DNA from: an uncultured Verrucomicrobiae bacterium
GTDB lineage: Bacteria; Verrucomicrobiota; Verrucomicrobiia; Chthoniobacterales; JAFAMB01
Direction of reading: 5' to 3'
Assembly: GCA_963762565.1 (NCBI GenBank)
Contig: CAVXLD010000005.1
Location: 288,001 to 352,000, forward strand
Length of the DNA: 64,000 nucleotides
The position numbers and the translations under genes are program-made. Under the pieces are notes generated by a model that saw nothing but the letters and a program-made list of their open reading frames with translations, had not been told where the DNA came from and made no database searches. Numbering within the stretch: the stretch's first letter is position 1; each line of letters opens with the position of its first letter. Positions 1 to 8,684 of this stretch are shown here, piece by piece.

Positions 1-1
1 G

Positions 2-1492
2 GTGCGGATGACGAGTGATAATCAGGGCAGCGCAGGAGAGGCATTGAACACGCGGGTGTTTTTCCGGTTATGGATCGCGCCATCGTTTGACACGGATTAC
101 AATCCGAACACCACCTATCCAAGCAATCTGGGGACCGATCCCTCGAGCCCCGATTACAGCTTGCCTATTTTTCCGCTCGCCTCCGGCAGTTTGACCGATC
201 CTTCCGGGCAAAATCTCCAAACGACGCCGTTTTTTGCCACGAGCGGGGGCGTGAGCGATTACGATCCGAGCTTTAACACGGCGACGCAAAACAACAATGT
301 TCAGACAATCGAGATTCCAACGCCGCAATCAGGACAACCAACGCAGGACAGTGTTTGGACCTACTATGGCTGTTTTCTTGATGTTTATGACCTGAACAAT
401 AATTCGCAATATCCGGGCACGCATCATTGCATCGTGGCGCAAATCGCCTACGACGGCGCCCCCATTCCGTATTCGACGAGCACGACCACGACGACGGGCA
501 ATTGCGATAAGCTGGCGCAACGGAACCTGCAAATCACCAAGTCGGGAAATCCGGGGCCGGCGGCGACGCATCGTGTGCCGCAGGCGTTTGACACAAGGCC
601 GAGCCTGCCTTTCACCAACGGGGCGGGAAGTTGGACCGGTACGCCGGATGAAATCATGATCGACTGGGGCAACACTCCGCCCGGAAGCACGGCTTATATT
701 TACTGGCCGCAGGTGCTAGCGTCGGATGTCATCGATCTGGCGTCGCAATTGTATGTGACGCATTTTCTTTCCACGGCCCACGCCAACACGATTAAGTGCA
801 AAACGGTGAAGGGGGCGACTTATATCCCGGTGCCGTCGGTGGCCAACCAAAACTTTGCGGGGCTCTTTACGGTCGACTTGCCGATTGGCGTGAGGGCAGG
901 GGAGGCATTTACGATCGTCGTCAGGCGGCTTACGACCAAAACCTTCAGGACTCCGCTGACGAAGGTGCGTAGCGTCGCCGGCAGCGCCACCGCAGCGGTA
1001 AGGCCTATGCGAGTGGTGACGGGCGCGTTTCTAGTGACGATCCCGGTCAGCAACGAGTCGGCGATGCTTCCCGCGGACGAAAACACCCTTGCGGTGATGA
1101 AGTGGCGGTTGCAACAGATGTCGCCAGTCTACCGATGGTATCCGGTGGTGCAAAGGTACATTGAGTATTTGTCGGCCAAGATCAACGCTTCAGGAGGCAA
1201 TGCGGGGTCGATCGCGCCGTCGCCGATTGGCACGCCGATCTCGGGCACAAAACCGCCGCGGCCTGGCAAATGCAAGGAATGCACGGGCAAGGTGGCCGAG
1301 GTGGTGTATGATTGTTTCGGGGATTTTGGAGGCTTCGTTCTGGCTGGTTGTTGCTCGCACCCGTGTGTGTTCAAATCGCACGAGAGGGCCATTGGGGAAC
1401 TGGTCCTGAGGGCTTGCAGCCAGCGGTGGACCATCGCAGTGTGTTTTGACGGCCTGGATAAAGAGATTCGTGAGATACGGGTGATTTCGTGA
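2..1492 (+). CDS. C-terminal part of a large hypothetical protein (5' end outside window)
   Basis: 496-codon open frame from the window edge; protein-like composition with a Cys-rich tail; no family recognised with certainty. Confidence 0.8.
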   Translation: MRMTSDNQGSAGEALNTRVFFRLWIAPSFDTDYNPNTTYPSNLGTDPSSPDYSLPIFPLASGSLTDPSGQNLQTTPFFATSGGVSDYDPSFNTATQNNNVQTIEIPTPQSGQPTQDSVWTYYGCFLDVYDLNNNSQYPGTHHCIVAQIAYDGAPIPYSTSTTTTTGNCDKLAQRNLQITKSGNPGPAATHRVPQAFDTRPSLPFTNGAGSWTGTPDEIMIDWGNTPPGSTAYIYWPQVLASDVIDLASQLYVTHFLSTAHANTIKCKTVKGATYIPVPSVANQNFAGLFTVDLPIGVRAGEAFTIVVRRLTTKTFRTPLTKVRSVAGSATAAVRPMRVVTGAFLVTIPVSNESAMLPADENTLAVMKWRLQQMSPVYRWYPVVQRYIEYLSAKINASGGNAGSIAPSPIGTPISGTKPPRPGKCKECTGKVAEVVYDCFGDFGGFVLAGCCSHPCVFKSHERAIGELVLRACSQRWTIAVCFDGLDKEIREIRVIS

Positions 1493-1635
1493 CTGGGCCG
1501 TGGCAACCCGTCTCGTCCCGCGACTGCGCATAGCGTCGACATAAATGGGCGAAGTCTCGAAGGAGCACCCATTTGATCGGAGCGCGGGAGGTGTCTTGCG
1601 CCAAGGGTCCTTAGCGGTGGGGTCGAGTCTTAACA

Positions 1636-1711
1636 AGCTGAAACGTCAGAGCGACTCGCGAATTAAAGGATGGATCAAGATTGTCAAGGTTGTTGACTGA
1701 GCCCTTTTTCC
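1636..1711 (+). repeat. Orphan copy of the 3' end and right TIR of the RAYT-like element
   Basis: agctgaaacgtcagagcgactcgcgaattaaaggatgg...gttgactgagccctttttcc closely matches 3624-3700. Confidence 0.9.
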
Positions 1712-1745
1712 CTCGCCCGTCTTGCTGCAGAGAAGTTTGCTCCGC

Positions 1746-2036
1746 TCACTTGCCCTGGAGCAGAAGTTTGAACGGAGCCAGAGTCGTTACCGGCATCAGC
1801 TCGTACGTCATTAGCTTCGCTGCCACTAGTGGCAGCGTATCCAATTCTGCCTTTGCCTCCTCGACCGATTCGACACTCATGAGAAATATCGGCCCGGCTT
1901 TCTCTCGAAACCAGAACTGCTCGATCTTTCCGTCGAGGTAGTGCTTCAGCGTAGCGGGCACCTCTTTTGGCAAAAGTTGCTGTATCTGCTCAATCGTGAC
2001 GCCCTGAGGAATCGATGCAATAGCGAAAACTTTCAT
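1746..2036 (-). CDS. Muconolactone delta-isomerase-like (dimeric alpha-beta barrel) protein
   Basis: 96 aa; YLDGKIEQFWFRE...ESVEEAKAELDTLPLV...YELMPV pattern typical of MIase-like proteins. Confidence 0.7.
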   Translation of the reverse strand: MKVFAIASIPQGVTIEQIQQLLPKEVPATLKHYLDGKIEQFWFREKAGPIFLMSVESVEEAKAELDTLPLVAAKLMTYELMPVTTLAPFKLLLQGK

Positions 2037-2240
2037 TGAATTTCCTTGTCTTTTATTTCTCGCGGTCGTTCCGATTTACCTAGCCCCACGATTGGGCGGC
2101 AGCAAACAGATAAGACGAACCTGAAGCAGATCATCAATATCGTCCGCATCTTGAGCCGCAAGGACATCACGACTCTTCACGAGCAACTGGAACTCGGCAT
2201 TTATGTTCTCTCGAACACATTTCTCATTCATGCCACATCG

Positions 2241-2380
2241 GGGGGTCCGGCAGAGGGGTCGCGTCTAAAATATTCAACACAATGAAAAATGATGTGTTGA
2301 ACATTTAGATGCGCCCCCTTTTGGCGCGCCTTAGGGCTGGTTCGAGGTAGATTTAGAATGATTTCCTCTCCCTGCTGGGG
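2241..2380. mobile_element. REPIN/MITE-like palindromic element, copy 1
   Basis: Arms aggggtcgcgtctaaaatattcaacaca / tgtgttgaacatttagatgcgccccct (2254-2319); flanks shared with the copy at 5933-7741. Confidence 0.75.
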
Positions 2381-2401
2381 TTTTGTGTTCAGAAAGCCAA
2401 A

Positions 2402-2683
2402 ATGAGCATTGTCGGCCAGACCTATTACGAAAAAGGCGAGCCCGTTGTGATCCGAGCGCAGTGGAAACTGACCGCGATTGTCAACGGTCGCAAAGCAGGT
2501 GGGCCTCGAAACGTGCTTATCGAGCGAAAGGACGGTAGCCAGGTTGTCAGACCGTTCCGGGGATTGAGGAAATGCAAACCCAGTCGCACAGTCGCAAAAG
2601 GGGTCACAAACAGTCGCAAACAAACAGTCGCAAAAAGGGGTCAGTCAACAAATCTTGACAAATCGTATCATCGGACGAACTGA
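2402..2683 (+). CDS. Small hypothetical protein; C-terminus runs into the RAYT left-end repeats
   Basis: ATG start; protein-like segment GPRNVLIERKDGSQVVRPFRGLRK followed by repeat-derived residues. Confidence 0.55.
   Translation: MSIVGQTYYEKGEPVVIRAQWKLTAIVNGRKAGGPRNVLIERKDGSQVVRPFRGLRKCKPSRTVAKGVTNSRKQTVAKRGQSTNLDKSYHRTN
2581..2641 (+). repeat. Tandem micro-duplications of flank plus TIR tip (cagtcgca x4, aaaaggggtca x2)
   Basis: Read directly: cagtcgca cagtcgca aaaggggtca caaa cagtcgca aacaaa cagtcgca aaaaggggtcag. Confidence 0.85.
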
Positions 2684-3697
2684 GGGGGTAATGCCGAGAC
2701 AGGTTAGAGTTGAGTATCCTGGAGCCTTTTATCATGTGATGGTAGTGGTTACTCATCAGCACCCAGGCATGGATCCGCCATCCGGTCTTCGCGCAGACCT
2801 AGCCCAAACTTCGCAGGATCTGCTCATTGGCTGGTGGAAACGCCGCAACCCAATTTGGTCGCTGGGATGCGCTGGGTACAAAACGCCTACACCCGGCGGC
2901 TAAATCATCGGCATAAGCTCTGGGGTCATGTCTTTGGCGGCCGCTATAAAGCGGTTCTGGTCGAGAACGACCTGGATTCAGACTACTTTGGAAACCTTTG
3001 GGATTATATCCATCTCAACCCAGTTCGAGCCAGGTTGGTCGATCCGAAGGAAGGGGTAGGTTTATTGGACTATCCCTGGAGCAGCCTTACCCAGGTGTAT
3101 TCCGCCGGGCCCAAGCGCCGGCCAGCATGGTGCGCGACTGAGCGCTCTTTTGCCGCCTTCGGCCTCAAAGACACCATCAGTGGGCGAAAAGCATTAGTTG
3201 AGCGTTTGGAGCAACGCGCCATCGCTGAGGAGGCAGAAAAGTGTGGTTTGATAGTGCGAGATGGTCAGTCGCTGAATAGTACGCTGCGTCGCGGCTGGTA
3301 TTGGGGCGGTGAAGCGTTTAGGCAAAAGCTGTTGGATTTGGCGGCAGAACCATTGAGCAGGCTACATAATCGCAACCGGCGTACCACTCGTCAATGGCGC
3401 GATCACGCCCAAGTTAGCGCCAGCGACTTAATTCGGCAGGGACTCGAGGCGCTTGAGCTGAGCGAGGACCAACTTAAAGCCAGTAAAGGCAGCGAAACCC
3501 GGAAGGTGAGTCTCGCATGGGCGATAGCCCGTTCGACCACGATGAGTCAAAGCTGGATTGCCGATCGCCTTAACATGCGCAGTGCGACAAATGTCAGTCA
3601 ACAGGTGCGGCGATTCGAAAGAGAGCTGAAAGGTCAGAGCGACTCGCGAATTAAAGGATGGGTCAAGTTTGTCAAGAATTGTTGACTGACCCCTTTT
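2633..3697 (+). mobile_element. RAYT-like (Y1 HUH) element bounded by 30-bp terminal inverted repeats
   Basis: Left aaaaggggtcagtcaacaaatcttgacaaa (2633-2662) and right tttgtcaagaattgttgactgacccctttt (3668-3697) are 29/30 complementary. Confidence 0.85.
2691..3685 (+). pseudogene. REP-associated tyrosine transposase (RAYT/Y1_Tnp) disrupted by an internal inversion, a deletion and a stop
   Basis: N-terminal MPRQVRVEYPGAFYHVM; HUH segment (WRIHAWVLMSNHYH) on the minus strand at 2739-2827; then ETPQPNLVAGMRW, GHVFGGRYKA, catalytic DYIHLNPVRA and a C-terminal HTH-like region. Confidence 0.9.
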
Positions 3698-3785
3698 TCC
3701 TCTCTCTCATCTTGATACAAGACAGTATCTTGCCCCAGGCGCTGTAATAGCGTCGCTACCGAAGACGATCAATCTCAGGGGTCAA

Positions 3786-4487
3786 ATGCCGGATGTTTAC
3801 GATCAACAAAATGTCGGCAGTTGCACGTCAAACGCGCTTGCGGGCATGGTTCAATTTGTTCGCAAAAAGCACAACCAACCCCCTGATTTCAAGCCGTCAC
3901 GGCTTTTTCTTTACTTTAATGGTCGGACCATCGCTGGAGACAGTGCGCGGATCGACAGTGGACTACAGCCCGTAGATGCTATGCAGGCGCTAAAGAAATT
4001 CGGGGTTTGCGCGGAAACCGAGTGGCCATACGACGGCCGGGCAGCGGATCCCGACACACATTTGTTCCCTGCAAATGATCCAGCGGCGACCAAACCCGGC
4101 ACCAACATTTATACAGACGCCTATCCACATCGTTCTATTTACGCACTCAGTCTAAATCAAGATATTAATCAGCTAAAGGGATGCCTGGCAGAGGGTTATC
4201 CGTTCATGTTCGGTTTTGTGATTTACCGAAGCTTTTGGGGTCCAGATCCCAAAGCCGAACCTCTCGTGCGAATACCTATACCGCAGCCCCCACATGATGC
4301 TATCGAGGGGGGACATACCGTTTTGGCTGTCGGATATAACGATGACGATGGGTATTTTTACTGTCGCAATTCCTGGGGAACGTCCCATCAGGAACAGGGC
4401 TACTTCTATATGCCGTATCAGTACTTGACCAACTCTAACCTCTGCTCAGATTTCTGGACTCTCAGGACTGAGTTTTCGTTCGAATGA
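3786..4487 (+). CDS. Papain-family (C1A) cysteine peptidase, probably 5'-truncated
   Basis: DQQNVGSCTSNA (Gln/Cys), GGHTVLAVGY (His), RNSWG (Asn); frame stays open upstream (LPKTINLR) back to the RAYT right TIR. Confidence 0.9.
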   Translation: MPDVYDQQNVGSCTSNALAGMVQFVRKKHNQPPDFKPSRLFLYFNGRTIAGDSARIDSGLQPVDAMQALKKFGVCAETEWPYDGRAADPDTHLFPANDPAATKPGTNIYTDAYPHRSIYALSLNQDINQLKGCLAEGYPFMFGFVIYRSFWGPDPKAEPLVRIPIPQPPHDAIEGGHTVLAVGYNDDDGYFYCRNSWGTSHQEQGYFYMPYQYLTNSNLCSDFWTLRTEFSFE

Positions 4488-4635
4488 ATGTTCACGCAAG
4501 ACGAGAGTCGTCACACGATGCGCGCGATCGCGAAAGTTTGGTGGCTTACCCCTTTTAAAATTTACAAAACCTCGCTTTTCCACACTAGCGAAAAATTCGA
4601 GGCCTCTATCTCACTCTAGCTGTCAATTCTGTCGT

Positions 4636-4827
4636 CAGCGCGTCCACGCCTTTAAATCGCGGGCCGGCATGTTTGCCGGTCGCTCGGTCGATTCGCCCTT
4701 TACTAGCAGTTTGGTAGTCTCAGCTTTTGCCGCAAAACTCGTCAATCCTTTGCTGATCGGACCCAAGATGCGCGTTGCGGAACTGGCAGATGCTGACGTC
4801 AGACGCGTCAGCGTGGGCCGCTTTTGA
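4636..4827 (+). pseudogene. Possible degraded fragment of an isocitrate lyase/PEP mutase family gene
   Basis: Startless frame reading ...LVNPLLIGPKMRVAELADADVRRVSVG, resembling the family C-terminal motif. Confidence 0.4.
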
Positions 4828-5050
4828 TCGAGTCGTTCATTTGCTGGTCGATGAGGGAACGTTACCCAAACGGGATATCGTGCGGACGAAGAGGTCCGGG
4901 GACTGAAGACTGTGGCCGGCCGGAATCGGTACAATCGCCGTTTTTGCGGTTCTGATTTATCAGCGAATGAGCCTCTCGATGTGCACCTAGACCAAGATCC
5001 GTTGCCGGTGACGATTGAGCGTTAAAGATCACAGGAGCAACCAGGCCAAA

Positions 5051-5499
5051 ATGTCCGGACGAAAAGCTGCGCGCCAACCTTCTTTAACCAAATTAAAGAC
5101 CAGGAGCCGCCCCTGGGAGTGGCATATACAGGAAACGTTCAAGGGTCTGATTGCCCTCTCGATTGAGGCGCTCAAGGCGCTGTTGCTTATCAATGGCGGC
5201 GCTGCTGTGGCAATCCTTGCTTATCTTGGCAGCTTAGCCTCCCACAGCCCGAGCGTGCATCTGCCCAGCGTGAAATCGGCGCTGATGTGCTTTGCTGGAG
5301 GGGTTCTTGCAGCTGCGGTCGCGTTCATCGTCGCATATTTTACGCAGCTACGACTTTATAATGAAGAGCGAGCGCGGCACAGAAAACAACGGTTTCTTAC
5401 GCTGCATCCCATTTGGCTTGCGATAGGCACTTTGTGGTGATCGTGGCCGCATCTGCTTTTGCCGCCGGATGCTGGAATGCATCAGCGGCCTTTCAGTGA
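5051..5499 (+). CDS. Hypothetical membrane protein (frameshift near 5432)
   Basis: Hydrophobic helices (ALKALLLINGGAAVAILAYLG); one extra T in the run at 5431-5433 continues the frame as FVVIVAASAFAAGCW to a stop at 5499. Confidence 0.6.
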
Positions 5500-5621
5500 A
5501 ATCCGACTCTTGAAGGGTTTTTGTGCTACTCTGTTCCATTATCCGCTCTATCCTCCGGCATAACCCGAAGGTCATTGAGTTTGTCCAATCGTTCGCGCAA
5601 CAGGTCCGGGTTGAGGCCGCC

Positions 5622-5930
5622 TCAAGCGGTGGTGACTGTTTGTGTGTCGGCTTGGCCTTCGGTCGGCGGCTCCTCCGATGCTGGAGTGACCTTAGGTTGG
5701 TCTGGGTCAACGGGAACATTTTCAAGCAATTCTCGTAAATTCGGCAAGCCGGAGCCCTGCACTTCATCAACAAGGCCTAACCAATAGGCTTCCTCGGCGC
5801 TGAGCGAAAAGTCATCGCTCTGGAGAATTCGGCAAAGCGACACCATCAAATGAAATTCTTCCCGCGATTTATCATCGCTGAGTAGCTCAAACTCACTTCT
5901 TATGGAGTCTGCTAAAAACAGTTGTCCGTA
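5622..5930 (-). pseudogene. 3' fragment of a ClpP/crotonase-like protease gene
   Basis: DDFSLSAEEAYWLGLVDEV resembles the ClpP C-terminal motif; frame is open up to the palindromic element at about 5933. Confidence 0.5.
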
Positions 5931-5997
5931 TTGGGAGGTCCGGCAGAGGGGTCGCGTCTAAATATTCAACACAATTAAAAATGATGTGTTGAGTATT

Positions 5998-7614
5998 TAG
6001 GGGCTGTTGCCCAATAGCGCCTAATTAGTATGAGAATTTTGGGTTAGTAATTGGAAGGTTTGGCGAAGGGTTAGCTTGGCAAGAAGGAGGTTGAAATCGG
6101 GTGAAGGAGCCGGGTGAGCCAGCGGAGCAACTGAGTAAGGCGATAGGCTAGCGCAGGGTTGGTTTGGGAGAGATGCCTGAGGAGTTTTCTCAGGTTCTGT
6201 ACCGTAGCAATGAGTAAGTCTTGGATAGCTTGCTTCCAAAGTCCACGCCAACGAGAACGCTTGAGCCCATGACGATTGGCGGCGTCGGCAAAGCTCCTTT
6301 CCATGAGATGTTGGCGGCGTTTAAGGTCGGCTTTAGCAGCCTTGGAGTTAGCAATTTTGCGAGCCTTTTCTAACCAGGCTTGATCCCGATGGCGGTGAAT
6401 GGTGCGTCCGGTGCGGGAACGAGTGCACAAGGCGCGCAGCTTGCACACTAAACAGGTCCCCTTGGCGGTGACATATTCCCAGGTCAAGCGCTTGGGGTGT
6501 AAGCGCCTGGCTTTCATGATCTGCTTGGCGGGACAGAGATAGGTATTAGTCTGTGCATCGTATCTAAAATGCTCGTCGGAATAAATGCCCTCGCTTCGTC
6601 CCTTACCTCGGATCGACTCCCCCAGCAGCTTCACATGGGCTTTAATCCCCGCTTTTTGACAGCTAATCAGGTTGCTGACGCTGCCGTAACGCGCATCAGC
6701 AATCACAGTTCGCACTGCTTGATCGGTAGTATCTTCATGAGCTTCAATGAGCCTCAACAGTTGCGAGGCTTCGTCGACCGCACCGGTGGTGGTCTCTACG
6801 GCGGTGATGATCTCATGGGCATCGTCGACTACTCGATGAGTCTTATAGCGTAAGCGGCTCTTTAGGCCGGCGTGTCGAACTAGAGTCGCATCCGGGTCGG
6901 TCGTACTGCGGAACTGGCGATTGGTTTTGGAGTATTGGCCAATGGCAGAACCGCCGCTGCCGCTGTCCCCTGATGGCGGATCTTGGTCTTGGTCGTGTTC
7001 ATCGAGCTTTTGCACTTGCTCTTTGGCAGTTTGCTCGATGGCATTGAGCGTCTCCGCAGACAGGGGCTTAACTGAACCCAGATTGGCATCGGCCTCCACT
7101 AGGCTCGCATCCACGTGGATCTTACGGCCTTCTACCAGACCAGCCTCCACGCACTGCTGCACTACCCGGCTAAATAGCGAGACAAACACTTCTTTACCCC
7201 AGCGCTTGCGCGCCTTGCTCAACACACTGTGGTCGGGAATCTGATCGTCTAGCCCATAGCCAAGAAACCAAAGGTAATCCAGCCGTTCAGGGATGATGCG
7301 CATCAGCTCCCGCTCGCTCTTGATATCATCCAAGAATAACAACAACATCATCCGGACAATCACTTCGGGCGGAACCGACTTGTTGCCTCTTCGCCCATAA
7401 GTGTGCGCTACCTCCTTACGCACAAAACTCAAATCTAACGCCGCCCTGATCCGCCGCAGTGGATGATCGTCCCGCACCCGCTTATCTAAATTGACCCGAT
7501 AGCTCCAGATCGGAACCTGCGAGTCTTCTTCGTCCATCATGGGAACAATACACTATCAAATCTGTAACCAGCAAAGCAATACTATAATGGTTATTAATTG
7601 GGCAACACGCCCTA
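5998..7614 (-). mobile_element. IS1182-family insertion sequence
   Basis: Inverted repeats taggggctgttgcccaat (5998-6015) and attgggcaacacgcccta (7597-7614), 16/18 match; exact ends and target duplication ambiguous by 2-3 bp. Confidence 0.85.
6071..7540 (-). CDS. IS1182-family DDE transposase
   Basis: DDHPLRRI, SERELM, PDHSVLSKARKR, HVDAS, TDPDA, ADARYG, CP...C..C..C zinc motif, RRQHLMERSFA, NLRKL. Confidence 0.95.
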   Translation of the reverse strand: MMDEEDSQVPIWSYRVNLDKRVRDDHPLRRIRAALDLSFVRKEVAHTYGRRGNKSVPPEVIVRMMLLLFLDDIKSERELMRIIPERLDYLWFLGYGLDDQIPDHSVLSKARKRWGKEVFVSLFSRVVQQCVEAGLVEGRKIHVDASLVEADANLGSVKPLSAETLNAIEQTAKEQVQKLDEHDQDQDPPSGDSGSGGSAIGQYSKTNRQFRSTTDPDATLVRHAGLKSRLRYKTHRVVDDAHEIITAVETTTGAVDEASQLLRLIEAHEDTTDQAVRTVIADARYGSVSNLISCQKAGIKAHVKLLGESIRGKGRSEGIYSDEHFRYDAQTNTYLCPAKQIMKARRLHPKRLTWEYVTAKGTCLVCKLRALCTRSRTGRTIHRHRDQAWLEKARKIANSKAAKADLKRRQHLMERSFADAANRHGLKRSRWRGLWKQAIQDLLIATVQNLRKLLRHLSQTNPALAYRLTQLLRWLTRLLHPISTSFLPS

Positions 7615-7780
7615 TAGATGCGACCCCTTTTGTGCGACCGCTTTTGGACCCCTTTTGGCGCCGGCCCATTTAGACCCCTTGGGCGGGGGTGTTTAGGGCT
7701 GGGTCGAAGTTGATTTAGCGCTCGGCTTTCTCCCTGCCGGGCCAAAGCTATCCTGACGGGTTGATTTTCCACGCCGGGTA

Positions 7781-8671
7781 TTGCTTTGTAAGGTTGTGTT
7801 AAGCTCCCCCGAAGGGTCCGGCCGCACAGGCATCGAACCGCTAGAGTTTGTCTGGACCTGCTCGAAGCAGCTCGTTGACGATTGCCAAAAAACGCATTTT
7901 ACCGGTGATCGACTTGTAATCACCGAAAAATGTTTTCGGCGAATCATGCTGATGACGCTGAGCTTTCTTCGGCTAAATCCTTTAAGTTCATTTTTCATAA
8001 AAGATGGTCACTGGGATTTGCCCTCTTGTGCCGCGATTGCCCGGTGCATTATCGAAACTTATTTGCGGATGTTTTACTTCGGAGTTGAGCAACTAAACGA
8101 AGCTGAAAGCTCGTTTCGCGTTCGCCTGATGACATACCATGCAGCCTTTCAGGGACTAGAGATTCACACTGATTCACGGATGCCGGAAGGACTGCTTGGA
8201 GAGCAACAGCGCCTGGTTAGTGTCACTCGCTCCTCTTTAGAGAGCGATGCCTACTTTCAAGGCCTACCTGCGGACTGGAGGAAGAATCTCATAGAAAACC
8301 CGAGCCGAATTGATTTGCCCAGAGCGAGTGAGCAAGCAGGCATCAGCCCCGGTTTTCACCATTCAAGCTACGAGTTCTGCTCAAGCTTTATTCACGGCTC
8401 ACTTTTCGCAATGTACTTGACCGAGCAGGTAAATCTAAAGACTGGCTCCGGGGAAGAACACTTTCGATACCTTGCCGATATTGCCCTCGCGTATGTTGCG
8501 ATGGGTGTTCGCGATTTCACAAAAGCGTTCCCAGAGATCGCAATCGAAAATCCCAGGCTAACTTATCTTTGTGAAGTCTGGACACACCTGGTGAAATGGG
8601 AAAAACTTCCTGGCTTCGACCAGGCGAGAGAGATAGCGGACAACCTCGAAAAGCAAAGCAGTCAGGGCTAA
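7781..8671 (+). CDS. Hypothetical helical protein, DUF5677-like
   Basis: ARCIIETYLRMFY and YEFCSSFIHG motifs; start uncertain. Confidence 0.6.
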   Translation: MLCKVVLSSPEGSGRTGIEPLEFVWTCSKQLVDDCQKTHFTGDRLVITEKCFRRIMLMTLSFLRLNPLSSFFIKDGHWDLPSCAAIARCIIETYLRMFYFGVEQLNEAESSFRVRLMTYHAAFQGLEIHTDSRMPEGLLGEQQRLVSVTRSSLESDAYFQGLPADWRKNLIENPSRIDLPRASEQAGISPGFHHSSYEFCSSFIHGSLFAMYLTEQVNLKTGSGEEHFRYLADIALAYVAMGVRDFTKAFPEIAIENPRLTYLCEVWTHLVKWEKLPGFDQAREIADNLEKQSSQG

Positions 8672-8684
8672 GCGGGGGCTGAGG

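Larger units (their letters stand above)
5933..7741. mobile_element. REPIN/MITE-like palindromic element, copy 2, interrupted by IS1182
   Basis: Removing the IS restores aggggtcgcgtctaaatattcaacaca...tgtgttgagtatttagatgcgacccct (25/27 arm match), followed by gacccctttt repeats and the same tail as copy 1. Confidence 0.8.

Noticed and set aside
2739..2827. Programmed phase-variation switch
   Set aside because: Only 3 bp of inverted homology, no invertase nearby, and re-inversion still leaves a deletion and a stop codon
2241..7741. Integron attC cassette array
   Set aside because: No integron integrase in the window, the palindromes lack clear RYYYAAC/GTTRRRY ends, and neighbouring genes vary in orientation and are truncated
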